A model generated the notes under the pieces. It ran no database searches and was not told where the DNA came from. It saw nothing but the letters and a program-made list of their open reading frames with translations. A stretch of DNA of 64,000 bases from a virus (lineage: Duplodnaviria > Heunggongvirae > Uroviricota > Caudoviricetes), in the IMG/VR virus record IMGVR_UViG_3300025896_000021. The stretch is one strand, 5' to 3'. Each line of letters begins with the position of its first letter. Within the stretch, counting starts at the first letter, position 1. Position numbers and translations under genes: made by a program. Positions 28,601-38,100 of this stretch are shown piece by piece.

Positions 28601-31242
28601 GCATAGTACGTAGGTGTCCCTGTTATAGAAGAGGATAGGCCTATGCCGCCGCTACCTGCATTGCTTGCTGTGGCACCAGCAATGCCACCGATTGAGCCGG
28701 CACCACCACCGCCACCAGCTAGTCGTCCGCCTGCGCCTGCTCCACCCGCATTGCCTTGTCCGGTGATACCGGCGCCGCCGACACCGCCGGTGCCTTCGGC
28801 TGCGCTGCCACCACCACCTGAGCCGCCCGGTAGACCGGCGCCCGATTCCCAAGTGCCACCACCGCCGCCACCGAATGCAAGTATGCCAACCGGAGGGATT
28901 ACTGTTGAGGATACCGTCACTTGATTGGGTGTAATAGTATAGTTATTAGTTGAATTATCTATAATAGTGGCATTTTTAAATACTAAGTAACTTGTATTAG
29001 CTACCGCAGCTAATGGACTTATCGGCGGTGTAAAGTTTGCATTATACACTAACCTATTAGTTACTCTATAGTTACTTAAGTAACCATTAAAAGAGGCAGT
29101 ACCATTGGTAGCGCCGATATCAAAATTTGCACCGACACTATATGCTCCGGCAGCTCCGGTTGCTACTAATCCGCCATTGACATAGGCTTTGACTACACTG
29201 CCGCTACTACTATATGTAATTGCAAGATGAAACCAGGTACTAACCGGAAACTTACCCGTAATATTTGCGCCCGCGCCGTCATTTCCTTGCCAACCAAATA
29301 TATTTGCCTGAATGTTACGTATAATACCTGCTTCACCCGGACCACCATCATATAATCCTGTTATAGATGACGTATTAGAATATATCCAAGTTTCAATAGT
29401 AAGATCACCACCAGCAGTAGCTAATACTCCAGCGCCTGCTTTTCGTATATATGAGGCTCCAGTAAAAACTCCAGAATAGGTCACATCAGTAGTGGCAGAG
29501 ATTGCCGAGCTACCTCCGTATCCTCCGGGAATCTGACTTAGTGCGCCGACTCCACCGGCTCCTACAGCAACTGCAAAACCAGTATTAGATGCAACTGCAA
29601 ACCCCGTGCTAGTTAGCATACCACCGGCTCCTCCACCGCCACCCATTAAATATCCGCCGCCGCCGCCACCTGCTACTACTAGATAGTCAACTGTTGCAGG
29701 TGCGGTATATGTTACTGCTGATTCAGTAGTGGTTAATGGCGCGGTTGGTGGGTTGAATTGTTCTGTATATAGTGCTACACCTTTAATAAGTCGCACATTA
29801 GATATATATCCAGACCAATTATTACCCGTACCCCAATCAAGTCCGCCGATGAATATGTTATCTGCTGAAATATTTCCGGTACTTGTTCCTGTTGCAACTG
29901 ATACACCGTTTAAGTACAGGGTTGTTTGATTAGATCCGGTACCTGCTCTCACTAATGCAAAATGGTACCAAGCTCCAAGCACAGGAGTGAAAGCATAGTT
30001 TATAACTGTAGTACCTTCAATTTGAACTATAATATCATTACTGTTGTCTCTATACAATACAATGCCATAATGGCCGCTTCCGCCAAGATGGAATAAATGC
30101 TGCCAATGTGTATAGTCAACACTGTTGAACCATCCTTCTACTGTAAAGTTTCCGGTTCCGATTGCAAAAGCAGTTGCATTTGAAGCAACTTTTATAACAT
30201 CTGAAATACTATTGTTAAAATACCCAGAGTAGTAACCATCTTGAAACGGATTAGACTCATTCGCCTTAACACTACCGGCCGGTGTTAATGAAAATGCGTT
30301 GGTACTAGCGTCGGCAATGAACGGAGTAGTGTCACCATTCAATAACAATGATGTATTTTTAAAATAAATATCGTTTGATACATTAACTACCCAATTGATA
30401 GTTCTAGTTGATGTTCTAGTCGCGGTGCTAGTAGCAGTGAGCACAGTTGAAGTGTTAGCAGCTATTGTCGGTGTACCTGCAATGTTTGCTCCAGTAACGC
30501 TCAATCCAGTTGGCAATGTATCAGCAGTATACGTAATACTTCCTCCGGCTGCGCTGGTAGCACTCATTACTATATTAGCTATTGCACTATCTTTTCCCAC
30601 TGTGTATGTCGCACCGGCACTAGGGGTATCCCATGTAACTGCATCTGGATCAATAGTCAAACTAAATGCACGGTTCGTTGTTTGACTCTGTGCATCTTTA
30701 GCCGTAATCGTGAAACTATATGTAGTAGATGAAACCGTAGACGATGCTGTACCTGAAAGAAAACCAGTAGTACTATTCAATGTACTACCAGCCGGTAATG
30801 TTCCACTAGCAAGTGTATATGTAATTGGTGCATCTCCTGCAGCAGTTAACGTAGTACTGATGCTACCGGTTTCGTATACAGTGCCTAAGGTGCCTGCACT
30901 AGTAGACCAATTTGGTGTGCCACTATAACTAATACCCGGGATACTGATAGCAGTACCGCCGTCTGGATTGATAACATAGATAACGTAAGTACCAGCTGCT
31001 AATGCAGGGGCAATAAAACTAATCTGTGTACCGTTTATAAAGGTAACAACACTAGCTGCGGTACTAGCTACTAATACGCTACACCCACTTTGATATCCAG
31101 AGCCAGTTAAGTTAATCGTTTCTCCGCCTGCAATGTCTGTTGCAGTTTCTGTACCGGGATAAACGACTGTAGTAACCTTTGGTCCGGTTAGTGTTGCTAA
31201 TGCAGTGTCTGCAATGTTGTTAAGTGTAATCTTTGTTGTCAT
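25615..31242 (-). CDS. 1875-aa adhesin-like protein: IPT/TIG domain, two Ig-like domains, six LamG/ConA-like domains, one glycine-rich module
   Basis: GGETINLTGSG..(IPT); LPAGSTL/LPTGLSV (Ig-like); six copies of YFNG..DY...FT.E.W...WYH.A..R....F.NG...GYISNVRV.KG.A.YT..F.PP. Confidence 0.9.
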   Translation of the reverse strand: MTTKITLNNIADTALATLTGPKVTTVVYPGTETATDIAGGETINLTGSGYQSGCSVLVASTAASVVTFINGTQISFIAPALAAGTYVIYVINPDGGTAISIPGISYSGTPNWSTSAGTLGTVYETGSISTTLTAAGDAPITYTLASGTLPAGSTLNSTTGFLSGTASSTVSSTTYSFTITAKDAQSQTTNRAFSLTIDPDAVTWDTPSAGATYTVGKDSAIANIVMSATSAAGGSITYTADTLPTGLSVTGANIAGTPTIAANTSTVLTATSTATRTSTRTINWVVNVSNDIYFKNTSLLLNGDTTPFIADASTNAFSLTPAGSVKANESNPFQDGYYSGYFNNSISDVIKVASNATAFAIGTGNFTVEGWFNSVDYTHWQHLFHLGGSGHYGIVLYRDNSNDIIVQIEGTTVINYAFTPVLGAWYHFALVRAGTGSNQTTLYLNGVSVATGTSTGNISADNIFIGGLDWGTGNNWSGYISNVRLIKGVALYTEQFNPPTAPLTTTESAVTYTAPATVDYLVVAGGGGGGYLMGGGGGAGGMLTSTGFAVASNTGFAVAVGAGGVGALSQIPGGYGGSSAISATTDVTYSGVFTGASYIRKAGAGVLATAGGDLTIETWIYSNTSSITGLYDGGPGEAGIIRNIQANIFGWQGNDGAGANITGKFPVSTWFHLAITYSSSGSVVKAYVNGGLVATGAAGAYSVGANFDIGATNGTASFNGYLSNYRVTNRLVYNANFTPPISPLAAVANTSYLVFKNATIIDNSTNNYTITPNQVTVSSTVIPPVGILAFGGGGGGTWESGAGLPGGSGGGGSAAEGTGGVGGAGITGQGNAGGAGAGGRLAGGGGGAGSIGGIAGATASNAGSGGIGLSSSITGTPTYYAGGGGGGTDPGNTSTLPGRGGIGGGGKGGGLAIQNTAGMSNSGGGGGGGANNAGGISYLGANGGSGIVAIRYPDSYSPAITTGKPTVIVTGGYRIYVFTTSGTIKFSTATTPSVLSNQTVLLTCQSNRFIDTSTTASAITVTGTPKIAQVIPYTLPINTYGSGYFNGTTDYITTPLSTNFDFGTGDFTIECWIQLPTIPTSGYYSPLSQYSGATAGAGYWSLEIDFGASTNTTAIYYNGSTKFDGTNAAFKAGQWYHLAIARSNTALTFYVNGVASGSITYTGKFGINDPFVIGCQPSPRGGYTLGYISNVRVVKGTALYTAAFTPPPSPLTAVTNTALLTLQTKQSHNNNTYQDASGYNNLLTPSGTPSQGTFSPFSQTGWSTYFNGSTDYLSMPSTANINVSTGDFTAECWFFTSNIAQASAQTLIWLNGNTSAYAGIRLGLDTSGLSFYISVDGSTWTVNTGAIGTVASNTWYHAAVTRSGNSFRVFLNGTQVGTTYTQAGTLYAGTLNYIGALNYSAIVSNPYRQMNGYISNVRVVKGTAVYTANFTPATTPLTAITNTVLLTCQDNRFIDNSVYTNRLTASGTPKIQAFSPFSPTASYDPVLNGGSTYFNGSTDYLTAPVNTSLAFGTGSTVSAMTAEAWFYVNTAISTDQTIISQYASGSAGWSIRVYSSLMRVALTGDTTLITGTTTLVPYTWYHVALSGSAGSWKLFLNGVQESTTQTSSVTMGDAAAVTIGRLSNVSYFNGYISNVVITKGVVKYTGNFYVPTALVPRTTSTVLLVNSTSAAITDASGKNNLSTIGDAKISTAVKKYGTGSMYFDGTGDYLSVLTSTQLQFGTGDFTIEMWIYPVAVGTGSYTYPVLLACGSGDGAAAGEFSIYIAHPSGQNMVYYYTSPGAYINGGTNPATGTWSHVALVKSSGTLKYFVNGVQQWTVAMASAMGNNTSTWSIGTRTGNLAQCMFNGYIDDLRITQGVARYTATFTPPTSASVTR

Positions 31243-31262
31243 TTTATTCTCTGTTCAGGGCT

Positions 31263-34200
31263 TTATGCGTATATGATACCAGCGGGCTTGATGCCTGTGC
31301 TACCGTTAGTGTTATATACAAATACGTGATATGAATTAGCAGTTTTTGCCGGGCTAGTAAATGTCAAACTAGTTGAACTTACATATGTAGTTGTACAAGG
31401 AGTGGTATCTACGTAAACTATCACGCCACCATAAAATCCGCTACCAGTTATTGTAATAGTTTGACCGCCGGCCGTAGTCGCTGACGAACCACTAGGATAA
31501 CTAATTGATGTGATGTTTACTCCAGCAGCGGTTACTATAGCAATAGCTAATTCACGTATCTGTATCACTATTCCAGTTTCTGGCGCACCATTAAATGTTA
31601 GTGTTGACCCTGAAATAGTATAATCTACGGTTGGAGTTTGTAATAACCCGTTTTCTGTTACTAGCACGCTAGACACAGTACAACCATCAGTAACTGAAAA
31701 AGTTGACTGTATTCCGTTACCAGTATAGTTTCTTGTTACAAACGACCCAGCGCCAGTCATGGCACCTAAAGTAGATGTAACTTCAATCTTTGAACCACTA
31801 ATAGGTGCTTCTGAAAATGTTAGAGTTGACCCAGTTAATGTATATGCTTCTCTTAACTGGAATGCACCATTGTAGTTAACTACAGTTTGATTGATACTAC
31901 CAGGTGTTACACTCAATGTAAAGCTAGTAGTAGTTCCATCACCGGTAAAGTTATCTACTGCGATAGTTGCTACTGGTTGAGCGATCCATGATAAGTTTCC
32001 AGCACCATCCGTTTTCAATATTTGATTATCATTGCCGCCGCCGATGTATACATTGCTGATGTTGCTACCTAAATTAGCACCAGTGAGAGTTACAATTCTG
32101 CCTGTCGTAAATGTATTTGTTGTTTTATTAAAAACTAAATTTGCGCTAGCGCCTAATACGCCACCGTCATTAAATTGAATTTGCGTGTTGCTACCGGTAG
32201 CTGACACTCCGCCGCCGCCTGCTGCTGCTCCCCAACTTAAATTACCAGTACCGTCTGTAGTGATAAAATATCCAGCTTCCCCGCCCGCGATCTTGACATT
32301 ACCAACGTCACCTAAACTTACATTTGCACCAGTGAAACTAATGTCACCCGAAGATGTTATTGTTCCATTACCAAGCACTGTGTTTGCTGTTGCGTTCCCT
32401 ACAGTTAATGTAGTTAGTGTACCTAAACTTGTGATATTAGCTTGTGCATTTCCTGTTACAGAAGAAGCAGTTATCGCGGTGATGCTTGTTAGAAATGCTC
32501 CACTACCGGTAAAGTAGTTAGCAGATACATTATTACCTAAATTAGCATTGCCTGCTGTTAAGTTACCAGTATATGTAGGTAGATAAGCTGCAACGTTACT
32601 GTCAGTATAATTAGAGCCGCTAGCAATTCCAGTTAGTAAACTACCGTTACCAATAAAGTAATTAGCAGTTACTGCATTACCTAGGTTAGCATTAACCGAA
32701 GTAATATTTCCATCGGTTATTAAGTTTCCGCCGGTTACGTTGCCATTTGCTGATACAACGCCGGTTACTGTTAACCCAGTTGAAGCAATACTTACGATAG
32801 TCGTACCGCCTGATGGGGTATCTAAATCTCTAATGGTTGAGCCAACTCTAAAGTCTATAGCAGCGTTAGAATAAATTAAGGCGGCGCTGCCTGTGACAGC
32901 TCGCATACCCATACCGTTTGTGCCGTCATTGCCTTTGACCTGTATTAAAGAAGTAGCATTTAATCCGTTGGCTTTAGCAAATATGCTAGAATATTGTGTT
33001 GTAGTTACAGTACCATATGAATTACCAACAGCTAAATCAGTTAGTGTACCAACTGATGTAATGTTCGGTTGTGCTGCGGTTGTTACTGTTTCCGCAGTTG
33101 TAGATGATCCAGCAGTAAGTGCATAAGTTGCATTAGCAACAGTACCGCTTACATTAGCGCCGGCTACAGCGTTTGCAGTTGTTGCAAAAGTTGCTAATCC
33201 AACTGCACCAGTTACATTAGCGCCATCCACAGCATAAGATGTTGCAGACGTAATTGCATACGTTGCGTTAGCTACTGTACCAGTTACATTAGCACCTGCT
33301 ACTGCATTGGCTGTCGTTGCAAAAGTTGCTAGCCCGACCGTACCACTTACATTAGCACCTGCGACTGCATTGGCTGTCGTTGCATATGTTGCAAGGGAAA
33401 CAGCACCGGTTACGTTAGCTCCTGCTACTGCATACGCACTAGCAGCTATCGTTGCGGACGAAGCAATACCTGTTAAGTTACCAACGATTGTTTTGTTAAA
33501 GTTCCATGTATCAGATGATGAGGTGTATAAAATTGTAGCTGCTGCACCTGCAACAGTAATACCTGCACCATTAGCTGCCGAAGCTGTAGCAGCATCTTTA
33601 GCAACAGTAATATTTAAATCAGTTACTGATAAAGTTGTCGCATTGATTGTAGTGGTAGTACCATTAACTGTTAAGTTGCCGCCTACTGTGATATCACCTG
33701 ATGTAGCTAAACTAGTTAATGTACCAACACTAGTGATATTTGATTGTGCGCTTGCTGTCACTGTAACTGCGGTGGTAGATGTCCCTGCTGCGATCCCAGT
33801 TAACTGACTACCATTACCTATGAAGAATGCAGCAGTTATATTAGCCGATGCAGTAAAAGTATTAGCAGTAATTACATTAGCGCCGGTGATGTTGCCACCA
33901 CTACCCGATGTAGAGATATTACCAGCGACAACGTTACCCGTTACTGTCAATGCAGTCAATGTACCGGTTGATGTTATGTTAGGCTGTGCCGCAGTTGTTA
34001 CTGTACCAGCGGTAACTGAGTATGTTGCATTAGCTACTGTACCTGATACATTAGCACCAGCTACTGCATTTGCTGTTGTTGCAAAAGATACTGCACCACT
34101 TACATTAGCACCTGTTACTGCGTTAGCTGAAGCTGCAACTGTCGCACTTGAAGCGAGTCCAGTTAGATTACCGATGAAGTTAGTAGCTGTTATATTACCA

Positions 34201-35081
34201 GTGTATGTCGGTAAGTAAGCTGCAACATTGCTGTTACTATAACTTGCCGGCAAACCAGTTAACTGACTACCATTGCCAATGAAGAATGCAGCAGTTATAT
34301 TAGCTGATGCATTCATTGTAGTCGCAGTAATTACATTAGCGCCGGTGATGTTGCCACCACTACCCGATGTAGAGATATTACCAGCGACAACGTTACCCGT
34401 TACCGCTAGAGAAGTTAATGTTCCAACACTAGTAATATTGGGTTGTGCTGCAACTGTTACGTTACCTGCATAATTAGCAAAGTTTGATCCAGTAGCGACG
34501 AGTCCGGTTAGTAAGCTGCCGTTACCAACATAGAAGTTCGCTGATATATTCCCAGTAACTGTTAGTTCAGTTAATGTACCTACACTAGTGATATTAGGTT
34601 GAGCATTTGTATATACTGTTGCGGTTACTAAAGCGTTACCTACTTGACCAGTTACATTAGCACCGGCTACTGCATATGCAGTACCACTAGTAATTGCATA
34701 CGTTGCATTAGCTACTGTACCAGTTACATTAGCACCGGCTATCGCAGATAACCCGCTGCCGTTTCCAACAAAGTTAGTAGCAGTTAATGTATTTGTAGTG
34801 GTATCAAATGTTAGATCGGCGCTGCCTGCAAAGCTACTAGCATTATTGAACTGAACTTGAGTATTTGATCCAGCAGCAGAAGAAGTGAACGCATAAGCAC
34901 TTCCATTCGCATACAATATATTATCAGTTTTTATGTTACTTACGGTTACGCTGTTGGCACTAAGATTAGGAACAGTCAACGTACTAGTTACAGCATTAAA
35001 TGATGATTGTATCTCAGTTAATACAGCCAAAGTAATACTATTAGCATTTACGCCTGATCCGGGAATTTTTGTTAGTGCCAT
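31263..35081 (-). CDS. 1272-aa fibre shaft protein with two FTGxG domains and a C-terminal IPT/TIG domain
   Basis: MALTKIP start; QPNITSVGTL and ANAVAGANV[ST]G repeats; GSNTQVQFN; VDNFTGDG.. and RNYTGNG.. domains; AGGQTITITGSGF. Confidence 0.88.
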   Translation of the reverse strand: MALTKIPGSGVNANSITLAVLTEIQSSFNAVTSTLTVPNLSANSVTVSNIKTDNILYANGSAYAFTSSAAGSNTQVQFNNASSFAGSADLTFDTTTNTLTATNFVGNGSGLSAIAGANVTGTVANATYAITSGTAYAVAGANVTGQVGNALVTATVYTNAQPNITSVGTLTELTVTGNISANFYVGNGSLLTGLVATGSNFANYAGNVTVAAQPNITSVGTLTSLAVTGNVVAGNISTSGSGGNITGANVITATTMNASANITAAFFIGNGSQLTGLPASYSNSNVAAYLPTYTGNITATNFIGNLTGLASSATVAASANAVTGANVSGAVSFATTANAVAGANVSGTVANATYSVTAGTVTTAAQPNITSTGTLTALTVTGNVVAGNISTSGSGGNITGANVITANTFTASANITAAFFIGNGSQLTGIAAGTSTTAVTVTASAQSNITSVGTLTSLATSGDITVGGNLTVNGTTTTINATTLSVTDLNITVAKDAATASAANGAGITVAGAAATILYTSSSDTWNFNKTIVGNLTGIASSATIAASAYAVAGANVTGAVSLATYATTANAVAGANVSGTVGLATFATTANAVAGANVTGTVANATYAITSATSYAVDGANVTGAVGLATFATTANAVAGANVSGTVANATYALTAGSSTTAETVTTAAQPNITSVGTLTDLAVGNSYGTVTTTQYSSIFAKANGLNATSLIQVKGNDGTNGMGMRAVTGSAALIYSNAAIDFRVGSTIRDLDTPSGGTTIVSIASTGLTVTGVVSANGNVTGGNLITDGNITSVNANLGNAVTANYFIGNGSLLTGIASGSNYTDSNVAAYLPTYTGNLTAGNANLGNNVSANYFTGSGAFLTSITAITASSVTGNAQANITSLGTLTTLTVGNATANTVLGNGTITSSGDISFTGANVSLGDVGNVKIAGGEAGYFITTDGTGNLSWGAAAGGGGVSATGSNTQIQFNDGGVLGASANLVFNKTTNTFTTGRIVTLTGANLGSNISNVYIGGGNDNQILKTDGAGNLSWIAQPVATIAVDNFTGDGTTTSFTLSVTPGSINQTVVNYNGAFQLREAYTLTGSTLTFSEAPISGSKIEVTSTLGAMTGAGSFVTRNYTGNGIQSTFSVTDGCTVSSVLVTENGLLQTPTVDYTISGSTLTFNGAPETGIVIQIRELAIAIVTAAGVNITSISYPSGSSATTAGGQTITITGSGFYGGVIVYVDTTPCTTTYVSSTSLTFTSPAKTANSYHVFVYNTNGSTGIKPAGIIYA

Positions 35082-35112
35082 TCGTGTTACCTTAGTATAT
35101 AGTTACAATATG

Positions 35113-35120
35113 TATTTAGT
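35113..35120 (-). promoter_or_regulatory. Putative late promoter ACTAAATA
   Basis: Intergenic, upstream of the 1272-aa gene. Confidence 0.55.
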
Positions 35121-35190
35121 CAATAACAAATCAAAGTGACATCACAATAACTAATGCTTAAAATATTGACAATATCGTACAGTGAGTACT

Positions 35191-38100
35191 TTAACTCCAA
35201 TATTGTTGATTAGTCACCGTAGATGTTTCACTCGACAGAATTGGTGAACCATCAGTTGCTGCATAGGTAGTAGCTGAAAGTGGAGTCACTGTCGATAAGT
35301 TAGTGAAGTCGTCTCCTATCACCCTAGAAGCCGCCGCAGATGCTATTACCGTAATAGATTCCGTTAAAGTCGTATTGCTTTCAGGATTAGTAGCAGTTAG
35401 TAATGTTTGTTTAGGACCAAATCCATCCCCGATATCAATAGATGCAAATCCATTAATCAGTACAAATAATCCGTTACTAGCTGCTACAATACTGCTATCC
35501 ACTGAATTTGTTGCAGTAACTATACAAGATAAAGTCTTGAATCCATCAGTTAATAATGTAGTGTATGTATTGTTAGTAGATCCTGAAATATTGACTCCAT
35601 TAACATTCCATTGGTATGAATATACAATCGTGGCGTCTCCGGTCCAAGTCCCTGGGTTACACAACAAAACAGCATTTGCTAGCCCGTTAGTGACAGAGCC
35701 TGATGATACTGAAATTGAGGGTACAACTGTGTTAACCGGAGCTCCCGCAGTGCCTGTTTGAAATACACCCGAGCTTGACCATTTATATATTCGGTATCCA
35801 CCTGTAACGACGGGATAACCGGCATCAACGTTCAGTGCAGCAAGTGCTTCTGGATAACTATCTGGATACCGAATCACTACGATACCCGATCCACCCGTGC
35901 CACCAGCATTAGTTGCATTATAATAAGATCCGCCACCGCCACCTCCACCAGTAGATGCACCCCCATTACCACCCGGAACATTTGACTGACTACTTAATGT
36001 CCCTGCGCCGCCGGCTGTGCCAGTAGAAATGCCGCCGGTGCCCGCGGCGCCACCACCACTAACGCTAGGTGCGCCACCACCGCCGCCACCAGCTCCACCG
36101 GTACCCGCATTACCAGAATAACCGGCTCCGCCGCCGCCTCCACCCCAATAGTAACTAGTACCTAAGATTGCATTAATTAGTCCTATTCCACCATTACCGG
36201 GAGTGTTTTGACCGCTGCCCCCTGCGCCACCACCACCACCGGGATAATTTAATAAGCCAGCGCCGCCACGATTTCCTTGATCAGTTGTTCCCAATCCTGC
36301 GGTTAAGTAAACACTGCTGCCGCCACCGCCGGAGCCGCCGGATTGAGCTGCACCGCCAGCAGACCCGCCTGCGCCGCCACCGTATGCTATTATGTTGCTA
36401 AATGAAGATTTTCCTCCACTGCTGCCCGGCAAAGAAGTAGCTCCAGCAGGTGATCCGGTGCCGCCGGCTCCAACTGTAATTACGTATCTACCTTTTTGTA
36501 GATATAGTGGGTCAGCTGGTGATGCTACATCAACTGATATTGCCGGATAAGCGCGGGTGGGTCCCCAAACAATTCTCACGGCGCCGCCGCCGCCCATGCC
36601 GCCTCCAGTAGATGTTCCCGAGCCACCGCCACCACCGCCATAAGCACCACCAGTAATTGTTCCCTTAGTACTGGTACTTGAGCCGCCCGCTTCGCCTGGA
36701 TTTCCGTCTGCTCCGCCTGAGCCGCCTTTGCCACCAGACGTGCCGTTACCAGTAGCTGCACCACTTGCACCTTGACCAAGTATGCCCACGCCGCCGCCTG
36801 CAGGTGTACCGTATGTACTAGAATAATACCCAGGTGCGCCACCACCACCGCCTGCAGGTGCTGCTGTACCAGTCGAGCTTCCACCGTAGCTGTCGGCGCC
36901 GCGTCCAGCATATCCGCCAGCACCAGCACCAGCATAATTCCACGATCCATCAAACGCACCATTGCCGCCGCGGCCGCCGCCGTCACCAACATAGCCACCG
37001 CCATAGCCTGGTGTTGCCCCGGTTGAGTTTGCTCCACCGCGGCCGCCGCCGTATCCTGCTACTGTAGTTAATGCATCAAAATAACTATTACCGCCTTCAG
37101 CTCCAGCAGTAGTTGCATTAGCTAAACTTGCTCCGCCTGCCCCAACTACAACTGTGTATGATTGTCCCGGTACTACGGTGATGGCAGTTTTCCATCCAAG
37201 GCCACCACCACCACCGCCGCCAGAACTCCAAGTTTGTCCGCCGCCCCCACCACCACCAACAGCTACTACGCTGACTGATGTTATACCGGCTGGCGCGACC
37301 CAAGTATATGTTCCCGGAGTAGTATATGCTCGTTGGCCTGCTGTACCTCCGGGGCCGGGTGCTGTGGCTGCTAATACTCCGCCTGCACCGCCGCCACCAC
37401 CCAAATCAGATCCACCACCACCACCACCACCAACCACCAAGTATTCAATATAAGCACTTCCAGTAGCAGCTACGAAAATACTGTTTGATGTTTCAATGAC
37501 GCCGCCTTCTATATCGGTTGCAATAACATTACATGTAATTGTTGTATCACCATCTGCCATCACTGTAGTATAGGTACTAGATGTTGCGCTGCTTATATTA
37601 ACGCCGCCGCGTTGCCACTGATACGAGTAGGATATTGAGTTGCTACTTGTCCAAGTACCGGTTGTTGCAGTTAATACTTGATTCACCCCTGCAGTGCCGG
37701 ATATGACCGGTGCAACGGTATTCACCGGGCCTGGCGACATAAGAGTAATCGTACCAGAGGTAGTAAATGTGTATATTCTATATGAGCCGGAAATAGTTAT
37801 AGCAGGCGATCCGGTCGTTTTTGCTACAGGGAAAGTGCTTTGCTGTCGCACTACAACAATACCAGAGCCACCGGCACCTGAACCGGAAGACCAGCCACCG
37901 TTAGTAGCCCAGTAAGATCCAGCTCCGCCGCCACCGCCTGTATTGACAACCGCAGTCGGGATGCCACTGCCCTGAGTAGTGGCATTTACTTCATTTGTGT
38001 ATACGTTATAGTTGTAGTAAGTGGTTGTTCCAGCACCGCGGCCGCCGCCATGATAGCCATCGCCGGCTCGTTCACTACTATTACCACCACCACCACCACC

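Noticed and set aside
35163-35192. Plus-strand TTGACA inside a short palindrome (atattg-a-caatat) as a sigma70 promoter or operator
   Set aside because: No good -10 at 16-18 bp spacing; short AT-rich palindromes are expected by chance.
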